Shown: positions 10,193 through 22,468 of the stretch, one piece after another
How positions within the stretch are numbered: position 1 is the first letter of the stretch
Layout of the letters: each line of letters begins with the position of its first letter
Source of the DNA: Nitrobacter sp.
Lineage (GTDB): Bacteria; Pseudomonadota; Alphaproteobacteria; Rhizobiales; Xanthobacteraceae
Reading direction: 5' to 3'
DNA: 64,000 nt
Assembly (NCBI RefSeq): GCF_051535235.1
Contig: NZ_JBPPLZ010000012.1
Span: 801-64,800 of the forward strand
Made by a program: the position numbers and the translations under genes
Notes under the pieces: generated by a model
Database searches by the model: none
The model's input: only the letters and a program-made list of their open reading frames with translations
Told to the model about the DNA's origin: nothing

Positions 10193-11068
10193 TCAGGCGC
10201 CAGCGCGGGCCGCCCGCTTCCTGATCCCCGAAATAACGTGCTTCAAGGATTCCTGCCGCGGATCCGAATCCACGGCCGCGCGGGCCTCGGCTAAGGCGCC
10301 CGCCAGATCCGGACAGGACAATGCGCCCTCGAGCGTCGGCTTGATGAGATCGTCGACGATCAAATTCCAGTCCTTCAGACTCTGCACGTAACCATCGCCG
10401 TAACCCCGCACCATCTCGGCTGTCGCGACCACCGCGGCGACCGCGGCAGGCTGCTTCGTCAGGCTGCGATCGATCATGTGCAGCCAGCGCTCCACCCAGG
10501 CGCGCTCTCTGGCGTAGCGGAGGGAGGACAACCGCCATCGCTTGAGCGCGGCTTCGATGCGGAGGCGGCGACGCCGCAAGCGGCTTGCCGCGCTGAACCG
10601 CATGGTGACCGGCAGGTGCAGCCATCCCGGATACGCCAGGACCCAGAGCGCGTAATCGGCCACCGTTTCCGGCAGCGACGACACCAGTTCGTCGAGACGC
10701 AGCCTGCGGACATCGTCCGGCGGAATGCCCCGCCCCGCTTCGGCCTCGGCAAGTTTAAGCTGCGCCATTCGGACGGCGTCGTCGTAAGCCATGCGCATGG
10801 CCAACAGCCGCGCGATCTCGGCAAACAGGGCGTCATCGACGTTGCGCCGGCCGATGAAGCGCCTCAGCCGGGCGACATAGAGTTGCGCGTAGCCCGGTCC
10901 CTGATAATCGATCAGCCTGTTCACGGCTTCGGCCGCGACCGCCGCGACTACCTCGGGGAGCCCTGCGGGCAGTTCCGGATTCGGATCATTGTCGTCGCCA
11001 AGGACATCGGCGAAGATCGAACGGATTGCAGGCAGAAAACCAGCGACTTTGGGAACGCCGAAATTCAT
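10193..11068 (-). CDS. DUF6537-like protein (stand-alone C-terminal domain of indolepyruvate ferredoxin oxidoreductase)
   Basis: LIDYQGPGYAQLY, LAMRMAYDDAVRMAQLK, MVRGYGD motifs; ATG overlaps the upstream stop. Confidence 0.7.
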   Translation of the reverse strand: MNFGVPKVAGFLPAIRSIFADVLGDDNDPNPELPAGLPEVVAAVAAEAVNRLIDYQGPGYAQLYVARLRRFIGRRNVDDALFAEIARLLAMRMAYDDAVRMAQLKLAEAEAGRGIPPDDVRRLRLDELVSSLPETVADYALWVLAYPGWLHLPVTMRFSAASRLRRRRLRIEAALKRWRLSSLRYARERAWVERWLHMIDRSLTKQPAAVAAVVATAEMVRGYGDGYVQSLKDWNLIVDDLIKPTLEGALSCPDLAGALAEARAAVDSDPRQESLKHVISGIRKRAARAGA

Positions 11069-11733
11069 GCCAGCCCAGGCGTCGCGACAGCCGGCGCCTG
11101 ACGTTCCGCAAGCCGTTCCTCGAGCTTGCCGATGTTCTGAAACAACCGTGCGCTGGCCAGCCGCAGAAAGTAGAATCCGAATTCGGGATTCTGGACGTAA
11201 AGCTGCTCCACCTGACGATAGCTGACGCTGAGCACCGTGCCGCTCTCGATGCATTCGAGCGACTGGGTGCGCTCGTTGGTAGGAGACAACATGCCGAGTT
11301 CACCGACGATCGCGCCGACCGGAAGCTCGATGCCCGACTCGACCAGGCGATACCGGCCACTGACGATGTAGAGCATCGTCTCCGCTTTCTCGTTCTTGTA
11401 GAACAGCATTTCGCCGGCCTCACATTTGCGCTCGGTCATGAACGGTTTCAGCCAGTCCATCGACAGGTCGCTGTTCACCGATTTCTTCACGTCGCGTATG
11501 AGTTGCAACATCTGGTGCAGGCGGTAGCCGTTAAGACAGAACAGCACGGCGTGAAGCCCGAATTGCAGGACGCTGTGAAATGGGATCGCCGTGATCATGA
11601 GAACGAGATTTGCCAGCATGCCGAACACACGCAGCGGAATCATGGTCCGCATGGTGTAGGTGGCAACAATGAAAACCGAAGCGGCCAGACTGCCGACGGT
11701 TCCGACGTGTTCGGCTAAATGTGATGTGTCCAT
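11065..11733 (-). CDS. membrane-anchored cyclic nucleotide-binding domain protein
   Basis: 3 N-terminal TM helices (TMRTMIPLR); cNMP motif GELGML...RT. Confidence 0.85.
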   Translation of the reverse strand: MDTSHLAEHVGTVGSLAASVFIVATYTMRTMIPLRVFGMLANLVLMITAIPFHSVLQFGLHAVLFCLNGYRLHQMLQLIRDVKKSVNSDLSMDWLKPFMTERKCEAGEMLFYKNEKAETMLYIVSGRYRLVESGIELPVGAIVGELGMLSPTNERTQSLECIESGTVLSVSYRQVEQLYVQNPEFGFYFLRLASARLFQNIGKLEERLAERQAPAVATPGLA

Positions 11734-12062
11734 GGCGATCCAGCCAATTTCCTGACGGTGATGAGGTTCGCAGCAATCTTCAGCCAACCCCGGCCGCCGG
11801 GGTGGCGTGAGATATACACCGAATCATATTCAGCTTTCCGGTAAAAGCGGCGTCTGCCAGCGCGCAGGCCGCTATCCCTTCCCAAGGCTGGGCAGGGCGG
11901 GTTTAATCGCCGCGTTGCGCGCGCTTTCGTCCGAAATCGACCGCCAGCGTTCTCGAGCGGGCATGTCTCCAGGCTTGACCGGAAGACGGAAACCGGTCCG
12001 CACGGCAACGCCTCCAATCAAAATCAGAGCCCGCTCCGGATTCTGCCGGACGCGGAAAGGCG

Positions 12063-12986
12063 CTAGAATTCTCCGCCCGGCGCGGCCTTGTTCGAACCAG
12101 CTCGATTGCTCTTTTGGCCAGCGGACTGCAGATAAGCGACCAGATCGTGACGTGAGGGCGCATCGAGCACGCGCACCGGCATTCGTGCTCCGGGCACGAA
12201 TTTCTTCGGATCGGCCAGCCAGCGGTCCAGATTATCCCCGGACCAGACCAGACCGGCGTTCTGGAGCGCCGGCGAGTAATGATAGCCGGGGACAGTGCCT
12301 GCCTTGCGGCCAACCACGCCGGCCAGCCGGGGACCTGTCTTGTTGGCATCCAGTTCGTGACATGCCGTGCATCGCTCGCTGAAAAGCTGCTTGCCGTGAA
12401 CCGGATCGGGAGGCGCATTGGGCAGGAAGCGCGCGAGGTTCTTGCTTTGCGACGGATTCACCGACCGAAGAAGCGTGTAACTGAGCGTGATCGTATCGAC
12501 AGCGCGGTTGTCCGGATCCTCCGCAAAGGCCGGATCGACGAAAAAGACAACCGGCATCTCGATCTTCTGATGTGGATCGAGGCGCTCTTCGTTGAAGCAG
12601 AAGCACTGAATTTTATTGAAATAGGGCCCGCTCGTGGTCGGCGTGACATTGTATGTCGCGTGGCTGACGATCGATTCGTCGCTCAGATTCTCGGCCGTGA
12701 AGAAAACCATCTTCTGCTCGCCGAGATGAACCGTCACGGTACGCTGCTCCGGCTCGAACCGCCACGGCAGACCCGGCGCGACGTTGGTGTCGAACACGAC
12801 CGTAACGGTCTTTTTGGAGGTGACGGTCGGATCCGCATATGCCCGCTGCGTCGTTCCTCCGTATCCCGTCGCGCTGCAGAACACGCGATATATTTTCGGC
12901 GAGTAGGCGACGAGTCCGAGCATAATGCCGAGCGCCCCGAACGCGGGCAGGAGGACGTTCAGATGCTTCCGGTAGCTCGGTTTCAT
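12063..12986 (-). CDS. cytochrome c oxidase assembly protein CtaG/Cox11 fused to a C-terminal c-type cytochrome
   Basis: FCSATGYGGT and KIQCFCF (Cox11); CTACH heme motif, GPRL.GV.GRKAG, PGARM axial Met. Confidence 0.88.
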   Translation of the reverse strand: MKPSYRKHLNVLLPAFGALGIMLGLVAYSPKIYRVFCSATGYGGTTQRAYADPTVTSKKTVTVVFDTNVAPGLPWRFEPEQRTVTVHLGEQKMVFFTAENLSDESIVSHATYNVTPTTSGPYFNKIQCFCFNEERLDPHQKIEMPVVFFVDPAFAEDPDNRAVDTITLSYTLLRSVNPSQSKNLARFLPNAPPDPVHGKQLFSERCTACHELDANKTGPRLAGVVGRKAGTVPGYHYSPALQNAGLVWSGDNLDRWLADPKKFVPGARMPVRVLDAPSRHDLVAYLQSAGQKSNRAGSNKAAPGGEF

Positions 12987-13346
12987 TTCGATCTCTCCAC
13001 GTCGATGTCTCCGCGAGGCCAACCCGGCGCAGGGATTGATTCAACAAGCCGTCCGCGGAATGCGGGCACATTAATGCAAAACGAGATATCGCCGGCGCAT
13101 TCGGTGCGGATTGACGAACTTGTGATCTCCTTCGAATCGGAGGATCATGTCGCTCCTATCGAGGGCACCAACCCACGTAGGTTCGGTGCGATTGATCCTG
13201 CGACAGAAAAGTGCATCCACGGCCCGGCTTTGAGCTAAACTGCGTGACGCGATGTTCGCTTCGAAACAGCGTCCGGCTGACGGAGTAGGTGCGTTCTCGC
13301 ATCGCTGACATCTTTAGCACCGTGGCGACATGCAATCGGGAGCCTG

Positions 13347-14321
13347 ATGGCGAAGTGGATCGAGGAATTCCGGCACGGATGGCAGGGCGTCTCCGAGCCT
13401 CCCGCATTTCTGGGCTTCGGGCTCACGGCGGTCTGCCTGACGCTCTCAACCGCGTTCCGGTTCGGAATTTCGCTGTTGCGTCCCGATGTACCTTACAGCC
13501 CCTATCTTCCCGCTGTTCTCGTTGCCGCGGCGTTCGGCGGAGAACGGGCCGGAATTGCCGCCGCGATCGGCGGCGCGGTTCTCGGTCTCATGCTGGATTT
13601 CGGCGGAGCGGCACAGGGGCTGGCCGCGGCGGTGCTCATCGCGGTCTATTTCATCGTCGCGGCGCTCGTCATCCTTGGCGTACGACGCCACCGTTCGCTG
13701 GTGACGCATTATCGCGAACTCACAACACGCCTCGACAAGGAACAACACTATCGCGAATTCGTGGTGAAAGAGCTTCAACACCGGCTCAGAAACAAACTCG
13801 CCACCATTCACGCGGTGATCAGGCAGGCACTCCACGATTATCCTGCGGCATGGAACAGAGTCGACAGCCGCATGCACGCGTTGTCGGCAACCGACGACCT
13901 GATCGCAAGCACCGACGGTCGCGGCTGCGACATCATCGATCTCCTGCGGCTGGAACTCGGTCCCTACGGCAACATCCGCTTCACTCTGGACGGCGATCCA
14001 TTGTTCCTGCCGGCGAAACTTGCGGTCAGCCTGGCGCTGATGTTTCACGAGCTCGCCACCAATGCCGCAAAATACGGTGCATTCTCCACGACCCAAGGTC
14101 TTCTTCATGTGTCGTGGACAATTACCGATGACATCCTGTCGATTGTCTGGGACGAGTCGGGCGGCCCGATCATCACTGCGCCGGGCAAGCCGGGATTCGG
14201 AACGCAGCTCCTGAATGTTGGCCTGCGCCCGTTCAACGGAAAATCTGAGATCGCGTTTCTCCGCACCGGGCTGCACTGCATGATGCAATGCCGGGTCGAG
14301 ACAGCCACCGACGGCCAATAA
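13347..14321 (+). CDS. HWE-type sensor histidine kinase with membrane sensor (DUF4118-like)
   Basis: ELQHRLRN H-box; HELATNAAKYGA; WDESGGP; GFG. Confidence 0.9.
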   Translation: MAKWIEEFRHGWQGVSEPPAFLGFGLTAVCLTLSTAFRFGISLLRPDVPYSPYLPAVLVAAAFGGERAGIAAAIGGAVLGLMLDFGGAAQGLAAAVLIAVYFIVAALVILGVRRHRSLVTHYRELTTRLDKEQHYREFVVKELQHRLRNKLATIHAVIRQALHDYPAAWNRVDSRMHALSATDDLIASTDGRGCDIIDLLRLELGPYGNIRFTLDGDPLFLPAKLAVSLALMFHELATNAAKYGAFSTTQGLLHVSWTITDDILSIVWDESGGPIITAPGKPGFGTQLLNVGLRPFNGKSEIAFLRTGLHCMMQCRVETATDGQ

Positions 14322-14548
14322 CAACATCCGTTCTGCGATTGATCCTTCTTTGGCGGAGGACACGTCCGGCGAGCACGTCGTCGCAAACCGATGCATTCGC
14401 CTTTCGCTCGCCGGGAAACCGCCAGGAAAATGCCGCAGACGCCGACGTTCACAAGCTCGTCGCCGCGGAACGCATGTGGAGGCTGCCGGTTCTATGGGGT
14501 GTTGCGTGCATCCGACGGCGCAACGACCAACTCGACGAGGAGTATCCC

Positions 14549-14803
14549 ATGCGAACATACATTGTGTCTCTGGCAGCCGCTGTCGTACTCGGCGCCGCCA
14601 CTCCCGCGATGGCCTATGATTCGGGCAGCCTTCTCTCGATGCAGGATGCTCTCGCCGTCGCAACCGACATCGGCCTTGTCACCGTCTCCGACACCGAGTT
14701 CGCCGGTAACGAGTGGCAGATCGAGGGACGAGACATTTCCGGCCGCTATATGGAAGTCGACGTGGATGCCCTCACCGGCGAGGTGCTGAACGTCGATCGG
14801 TAG
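14549..14803 (+). CDS. PepSY domain protein
   Basis: RBS GAGGAG; signal peptide; WQIEGRD...EVDVDALTGEVL. Confidence 0.8.
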   Translation: MRTYIVSLAAAVVLGAATPAMAYDSGSLLSMQDALAVATDIGLVTVSDTEFAGNEWQIEGRDISGRYMEVDVDALTGEVLNVDR

Positions 14804-14808
14804 CGAGA

Positions 14809-16008
14809 TCATCCGCCATTTCGACCGGCATCCGCACGGGGCGCCAGCAGCATCGGTCCGTATCGCAGGGCGAACAGGCCGAAGCCGCCGATCCATAGCA
14901 GTGCTGAAATCTCAAGCAGGGCAGGCAGCGATCCAATGGCGGCCATCACGCGGGCGGCCGCGGCAAGGATCACAAGCAGATAGACCAGCGTAGTGATCCT
15001 GTCCGCTGCGAGCGCGCGGCCGGTATGGCCGAGCGAAACGCGGGTCATGACGCCGAGCGTCATGGTGCCGATGGCGCCGGCGGTCAATGCGTGGATCGCC
15101 GCGGCTTCCGGAACATGGGAACTCATCATCGATGCGCCCAAAAGAGCCGCGCCGATGACGACCCAGAGATATCCGGCATGAAGAACCGTCAACAGCGGTT
15201 CGGACAAGGTGACGATGCCGCGCCAGCGCGCAAGCCGCCACAGATTGAGCACCGCGGCGACAACCAGAAGCCCGCCGACAGGCGAAAACTTCGGAAAAAA
15301 GGCCCAGCCGATCATTCCGGCATGGAGCGCCGCGAGCGCGACGACATCGACCCGGCCGTGTCCGGCGGGAAGAACGGGCGTTCCGCGCTTCGTCAGCCAG
15401 TTGCGTGTGAATGTCGGGATGATTCGTCCGCCGACGACCGAAATCAGGACGACGATCGCAGCCAACCCGAGACGCCATCCGAGACCCGCCGGCACGGCGA
15501 AACCGGCTAGTTCCAGATACATCAAGAGATCGGCAATGCCGAGAACGGCGATGGGAAGTGGCATGGGCATGTTGCGCCAATTCCGCCCGGCGGCGATTTC
15601 GCGGGCGCAGACCGCGCAAAGCACGAACGGAAAAGCGAGATCGATTGTCGCCGCAAGCCCGAAGGGGATCGATGCCGACACAAGACATGCAATGCGGCCC
15701 GCGAGCCACAACGCTGCCAGCGAAGCAAGCGGCCAGCCGCTGATCGGCGCCCGGCCGGTCCAGTTCGGGATCGCGGTCAACAGAAAGCCGGCGATCGCCG
15801 CCATGACGAACCCGAACAGCATTTCGTGAATATGCCATGTCAGCGGATCGAAGCGGCTGGGCAGCGCGATCCCCATCGTGAGCATGACGATCCACCCCGC
15901 GAGTGCCGCCGACGACCACACGCCGGCCATCAGGAAAAACGGTCTGAAGGCCATCGACCAGATCGCCGACGGCGTGTTTCTCAAGTTCTCCGCGGCTGGC
16001 ATGGCCAT
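14809..16008 (-). CDS. nnrS: NnrS family protein (NO response)
   Basis: FRPFFL, WHIHEMLFGF, GFLLTAIPNWTG, GGRIIPTFTRN, RVSLGHTGR. Confidence 0.92.
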   Translation of the reverse strand: MAMPAAENLRNTPSAIWSMAFRPFFLMAGVWSSAALAGWIVMLTMGIALPSRFDPLTWHIHEMLFGFVMAAIAGFLLTAIPNWTGRAPISGWPLASLAALWLAGRIACLVSASIPFGLAATIDLAFPFVLCAVCAREIAAGRNWRNMPMPLPIAVLGIADLLMYLELAGFAVPAGLGWRLGLAAIVVLISVVGGRIIPTFTRNWLTKRGTPVLPAGHGRVDVVALAALHAGMIGWAFFPKFSPVGGLLVVAAVLNLWRLARWRGIVTLSEPLLTVLHAGYLWVVIGAALLGASMMSSHVPEAAAIHALTAGAIGTMTLGVMTRVSLGHTGRALAADRITTLVYLLVILAAAARVMAAIGSLPALLEISALLWIGGFGLFALRYGPMLLAPRADAGRNGG

Positions 16009-16102
16009 GAGTATCTCCTCGGCGTTCCGCTCGAACCATATCAGTTTCCCGGTGTCCGGGATCGCGGGCCGCGGAATGGTACCTTCAATACGTTGCATAA
16101 GG

Positions 16103-16116
16103 TTGCGCTGACGCAA
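16103..16116. promoter_or_regulatory. NnrR-type binding site
   Basis: Perfect TTGCG-N4-CGCAA palindrome about 95 bp upstream of nnrS. Confidence 0.75.
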
Positions 16117-16193
16117 ACCCGGGTCGGCTTCGACCGCAGCGAAGCCGCCTTGACCTTGCAGGATCTTAACCCCGCAACACGCAGCGGCCCCGA

Positions 16194-16610
16194 TCAATGC
16201 GGGCCGTCTTGCGCTGCAGTTTGCCAGTTCGACAGAACCGAGAACAATTCATCGCGCAGAAACGGTTTCGGGAGCCTCGGCCGACCTGAATATTCCGGCG
16301 GAAAGACTTTGTCGCCGCTGTAGCCGGTCACGAAGACAAACGGAATGTTCAGAACGGCCAGCCGCTTGGCGACAGCAAAACTTTTTTCCTCGGAGAGACC
16401 GATGTCGAGAAGCGCGAAGTCGGGGGCACGTTCGGCGATCATCACCAGCGCCTGCGCGACGCTTGAAGCGACCCGGACCCGAGTCACGCCGAATTCCGCG
16501 ACCGTCTGCTCGAAGTCGAGCGCGATGATGGCGTCGTCCTCCACGATCAGGATGTCGCCGGGCATGCCGGCTGACGTCGCCGCCGCAACACCGGGAACGA
16601 TGGGCTTCAT
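16194..16610 (-). CDS. single-domain response regulator
   Basis: ILIVEDD, FALLDI, FVTGY, LPKPF. Confidence 0.88.
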   Translation of the reverse strand: MKPIVPGVAAATSAGMPGDILIVEDDAIIALDFEQTVAEFGVTRVRVASSVAQALVMIAERAPDFALLDIGLSEEKSFAVAKRLAVLNIPFVFVTGYSGDKVFPPEYSGRPRLPKPFLRDELFSVLSNWQTAAQDGPH

Positions 16611-16768
16611 AGATCTGATCCAATAGCTGAAATTCCTTGGACGCCGACGAGGGACTTCCCCTCTGGTTCCCGCCCGGAACCGACCATACCGTCAAGGAGT
16701 TGTCTGTTCACTTTTGAACATAATTCATCAGCCGCTTTGGCTAGGGTCCCGGGAACAGGAGACGCAGC

Positions 16769-17551
16769 ATGGCCGCACCGCAGGATTCGCAGGCGAACGA
16801 GGATCGCCCGTTCAACAACCTCCTGCGCCGGCTCAGCCAGGCCGATTATAGGTTGATCGAGCCCTGTCTCGTCACCACCACCGCGGGAAGCGATGATCTG
16901 CTCTACAATCCCGGAGACAATGTCGAAATCGTCCACTTTCCCTGCGGAGCGAGTCTCGCGTCCTTTCTGGTTCCCAACGAAGACGGCCGCGATGCCGAAA
17001 CCATTCTGGTCGGACGGGAAGGCGCCGTCGGCGGCATCGTCAGCCACGGATTCCTGCCGGCCTATACGCGGATCACGGTGAAGGTGGGCGGCCCCTTCGT
17101 CCGATTGCGCGTCGCCAGTCTGGAGGCCGCGAAGGCAAAGTCCCATTCGCTGCGCAATCTGTTCGCCCGCTATGCCGATTGCATGCTGGCCCAGGTTTTT
17201 CAGTCCACCGCCTGCAACGCCATCCACTCGATCGAGCAACGCACGGCCAAGTGGATTCTCGCGGCGAGTGAGCGGACCGACAGCGAACTCGTGCCGCTTA
17301 CCCACGAACAACTCTCCACCATGCTGGGCGTCGGTCGCAGCTATGCCAGCCGCGTGATCCAGACTTTCAAGGCCGAGGGCGTTCTGGAGACGCGGCGCGG
17401 CGCCATCCTGGTGCGGAACCGGGATGCCCTGACTGCCCGCGCCTGCCTCTGCAACGACGCGGTCAAAAGCCATTTCGAGGAGGTTTTGCGCGGAGTTTAC
17501 CCGATGGAAGAGGCCCGACCTGCCCAGGAGGCCGTGGCGCCGGCCAAATGA
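16769..17551 (+). CDS. Crp/Fnr family transcriptional regulator
   Basis: VGREG cNMP-like domain; ACNAIHSIEQR; LTHEQLSTMLGVGRSYAS HTH. Confidence 0.88.
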   Translation: MAAPQDSQANEDRPFNNLLRRLSQADYRLIEPCLVTTTAGSDDLLYNPGDNVEIVHFPCGASLASFLVPNEDGRDAETILVGREGAVGGIVSHGFLPAYTRITVKVGGPFVRLRVASLEAAKAKSHSLRNLFARYADCMLAQVFQSTACNAIHSIEQRTAKWILAASERTDSELVPLTHEQLSTMLGVGRSYASRVIQTFKAEGVLETRRGAILVRNRDALTARACLCNDAVKSHFEEVLRGVYPMEEARPAQEAVAPAK

Positions 17552-17834
17552 GTTCCCCAAACGGCAAACGGCGCATTGTTTTTTGACGATTTCCCGCTAT
17601 ATAGCGTCGCAGCGAAAAAAGCCGGAGCCGCAATATGCGCGGTTCGCATCCATCCGGCATTCCCGACAACAAGTGGCGCCAATGACCTGGCCGGAAGCGA
17701 CCAAACCCTGACCGCTTTTGCCGCGTGAACCGATCACGCCGCGCCCGTTCCCGTGACCTTATTCCCCGCAGGACGAACCGCCGCCCGACATCCGGGCGAT
17801 GCGCGGTTTTCCCCGATCAAGAAGAACCATTCCG

Positions 17835-19661
<1,827 letters not shown>

Positions 19662-19665
19662 GCAT

Positions 19666-19770
19666 TACAGCGTTTTCGAACGAAGTGGGTACCGGTTCGC
19701 GTGAAGAAAACGCGTCAAAACAAAATCATAGAGCTCCGCTCCTGTTTCCATCAGAAGCGGAAAGACTTTA
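19666..19770. repeat. rhizobial interspersed REP/RIME-like repeat
   Basis: GCGTTTTCGAACGAAGTGGGTACCGGTTCGCGTGAAGAAAACGCGTC; the 22-bp core recurs identically at 63423-63444. Confidence 0.7.
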
Positions 19771-19889
19771 GCGCGCGGGCGATCATCGCTTCACGAGCGG
19801 CCTGCAGCTCTCGCTGAGCTTATCATCGGGCGGCGCTTTGCGCCGGCCCGTTGGCTCGCACTGACATCTGAAGAGAAGCCGAAGCGCGA

Positions 19890-20813
19890 TTATCCCGTCG
19901 CGAGGCACCAGGCCAGAATGCCCTTCTGGGCGTGCATGCGGTTTTCTGCCTCATCGAACACCACCGACTGCGGCCCGTCGATCACCTCGTCGGTGACCTC
20001 GTCGCCGCGATGCGCCGGCAGGCAGTGCATGAACAGCGCGTCCGGCCTGGCGAGCCCCATCAGCTTTGAATTCACCTGATAGGGCCGAAGCAGGTTGTGA
20101 CGGTGCTCACCGTCCTTGTCGCCCATCGATACCCAGGTATCGGTGACGATGCAGTCCGCGCCGCGCACCGCCGCTTCGGGATCGGTGCCGAGCCTGATCG
20201 ACGCCCCGCTCGACCTGATCCAGTCCTTCAGCGGCTTGTTCGGCGCAAGCTCCGGCGGGGTCGCGATGTTGAGGTTGAAGCCGAAGCGCTCCGCCGCATG
20301 GGCCCACGACGCCAGCACGTTGTTGTCGTCGCCGGTCCATGCCACGGTGCGCCCCTTGATCGGCCCGCGATGTTCCTCGAACGTCATCACATCAGCCATC
20401 ACCTGACAGGGATGCGAGCGCCGCGTCAGTCCGTTGATGACGGGCACGGTCGCGTGCGCCGCCAGTTCCGTCAGCGCGTCATGGCTGAGGATGCGGATCA
20501 TGATGATGTCGACGAAACGCGACAGCACCTTCGCGGTATCGGCGATGGTCTCTCCGCGCCCGAGCTGCATCTCGGCCCCGGTCAGCATGATCGCCTCGCC
20601 GCCGAGCTGGCGCATGCCGACGTCGAACGAAACCCGGGTGCGCGTCGAGGGCTTGTCGAAGATCATCGCCAGCGTCTTGCCTTCGAGCGGCCTGTCCGTT
20701 GTCCGGCCCGCCTTGCGCTGTTTCTTCATCGCCACGCTGGCGTCGAGGATCGCGCGCAGTTCCGATGTCGGTACGTCGAACAGGTCGAGAAAATGCCGCG
20801 GCGCCTTGCTCAT
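19890..20813 (-). CDS. argF: ornithine carbamoyltransferase
   Basis: [23 protein letters not shown]. Confidence 0.96.
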   Translation of the reverse strand: MSKAPRHFLDLFDVPTSELRAILDASVAMKKQRKAGRTTDRPLEGKTLAMIFDKPSTRTRVSFDVGMRQLGGEAIMLTGAEMQLGRGETIADTAKVLSRFVDIIMIRILSHDALTELAAHATVPVINGLTRRSHPCQVMADVMTFEEHRGPIKGRTVAWTGDDNNVLASWAHAAERFGFNLNIATPPELAPNKPLKDWIRSSGASIRLGTDPEAAVRGADCIVTDTWVSMGDKDGEHRHNLLRPYQVNSKLMGLARPDALFMHCLPAHRGDEVTDEVIDGPQSVVFDEAENRMHAQKGILAWCLATG

Positions 20814-22018
20814 TGAGCCGCTTCCTTTTTTGCGCGCGCGCCGGAAAGCCTGGCGCAGGCCCGCTCCAGCCGCCGCACGGATTCCTCGATCTCGGTCTCG
20901 CCGATGATCAGCGGCGGCAGCAGACGCACCACGTTGTCGCCGGCGCCGACCGTCAAAAGCTTTTCCGCGCGCAGCGCGCCGACCAGATCGCCCGACGGCA
21001 CCACCGCCTTGAGGCCGATCAGGAGTCCCTCGCCGCGCACCTCGCTCAGCACATTCGGGTGACGATCGACGACCGAAGCCAGCTTCTGTTTCAAGAGCAG
21101 CGACATCCTCCGCGTCCGCTCGAGGAATCCAGGCTCGAGCATCACGTCGAGCACGGCGTTGGCGGCTGCGACCGCGAGCGGATTGCCGCCGAAGGTCGAG
21201 CCGTGCGAGCCCGGCGTCATGCCGGACGCGGCTTCCGCAGTCGCCAGACAGGCGCCGATCGGAAAGCCGCCGCCGAGCGCCTTCGCCAGCGACATCACGT
21301 CCGGCATGACACCGATGCGCTTGTAAGCGAAAAGCTCGCCGGTGCGGCCCATGCCGGTCTGCACCTCGTCGAACACGAGCAGCAGGCCATGTTCGTCGCA
21401 GATCTGACGCAGCGCCCGAAAGAACGCATGGGACGGCTCGCGCACGCCTCCTTCGCCTTGCAGCGGCTCGATCAGGATGCCGGCGGTCGCGGGACCGATC
21501 GCCTTCTTCACGGCCTCGATATCGTCGAGCGGCACCTGGTCGAAGCCGTCCACCGGCGGACCGTACCCTTCGAGATATTTCGCCGAGCCGGTGGCGGCCA
21601 GCGTCGCCAGCGTGCGGCCGTGGAAGGCGCCTTCGAAAGTGACCATGCGATAGCGTTCCGCATGACCCCTGGAGGCATGATAGCGACGCACCACCTTGAT
21701 CGCGCACTCCACCGCCTCGGCACCGGAATTGGCGAAGAAGACGAAATCGGCAAAGCTCTGCTCGCACAGCCGCGCCGCCAGCCGCTCGCCGTCCGGCGAC
21801 TTGAACAGGTTCGAGACGTGCCAGAGCTTTGCCGCCTGCGCCTGAAGCGCGGCGACCAGATGCGGATGGCAGTGGCCGAGCGCGTTCACGGCAACGCCGC
21901 TGGTGAAGTCGAGATAGCGGCCGCCGTCGGAACCGACCAGCCACGCGCCCTCGCCGCTCTCGAACGAGAGATCGGCCCTTGCGAAAACGGGCAACAGATG
22001 GGACGCGGCTGTGGTCAT
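20810..22018 (-). CDS. argD: acetylornithine aminotransferase
   Basis: [29 protein letters not shown]; coupled to argF. Confidence 0.95.
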   Translation of the reverse strand: MTTAASHLLPVFARADLSFESGEGAWLVGSDGGRYLDFTSGVAVNALGHCHPHLVAALQAQAAKLWHVSNLFKSPDGERLAARLCEQSFADFVFFANSGAEAVECAIKVVRRYHASRGHAERYRMVTFEGAFHGRTLATLAATGSAKYLEGYGPPVDGFDQVPLDDIEAVKKAIGPATAGILIEPLQGEGGVREPSHAFFRALRQICDEHGLLLVFDEVQTGMGRTGELFAYKRIGVMPDVMSLAKALGGGFPIGACLATAEAASGMTPGSHGSTFGGNPLAVAAANAVLDVMLEPGFLERTRRMSLLLKQKLASVVDRHPNVLSEVRGEGLLIGLKAVVPSGDLVGALRAEKLLTVGAGDNVVRLLPPLIIGETEIEESVRRLERACARLSGARAKKEAAQ

Positions 22019-22468
22019 GACGTTTGCCGGTTGATGGTGGGAGCGGATCGATCCGACCGCGCTGTGGCGATCGATCAACTGTCGGCTCCGGAAACGAAAC
22101 GTGCCGCCTTTCCGGGCGGCACGTGAGGTTATTCTAGGTGCGCAGCGATCACTGTCAATATTTCCCTTGCACGACGGTGATGCGTGAAAGTCGCAGAAAG
22201 CGCCGATTTTCCGATTTTTTGCAGAACATGTGGACGCCGCCGGGCCGGACTCTTGCGCGCGAGTCACGCCATATTGTAGCGTTAGAGCCGTCGGATACGA
22301 CATCTCGTGCGGCGTTTTTGATCCTCGAAGGTCCCTGTTCTCGGCGTAAGCGTCCTGGCGATTTTTCCGCCCGGCGAGGGCTAAGGGATTCTGCCCACAC
22401 GGGTTTTCAGGGGAACGCTTTCAGGTGCGGCCTTAGCGCAGGCACGCGTGACACAAGGGAAACGTGCG

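Noticed and set aside
19890-21944. 684-aa ORF suggesting an N-terminally extended ArgF
   Set aside because: The extension is an alternative frame of argD; the real argF starts at 20813, overlapping the argD stop
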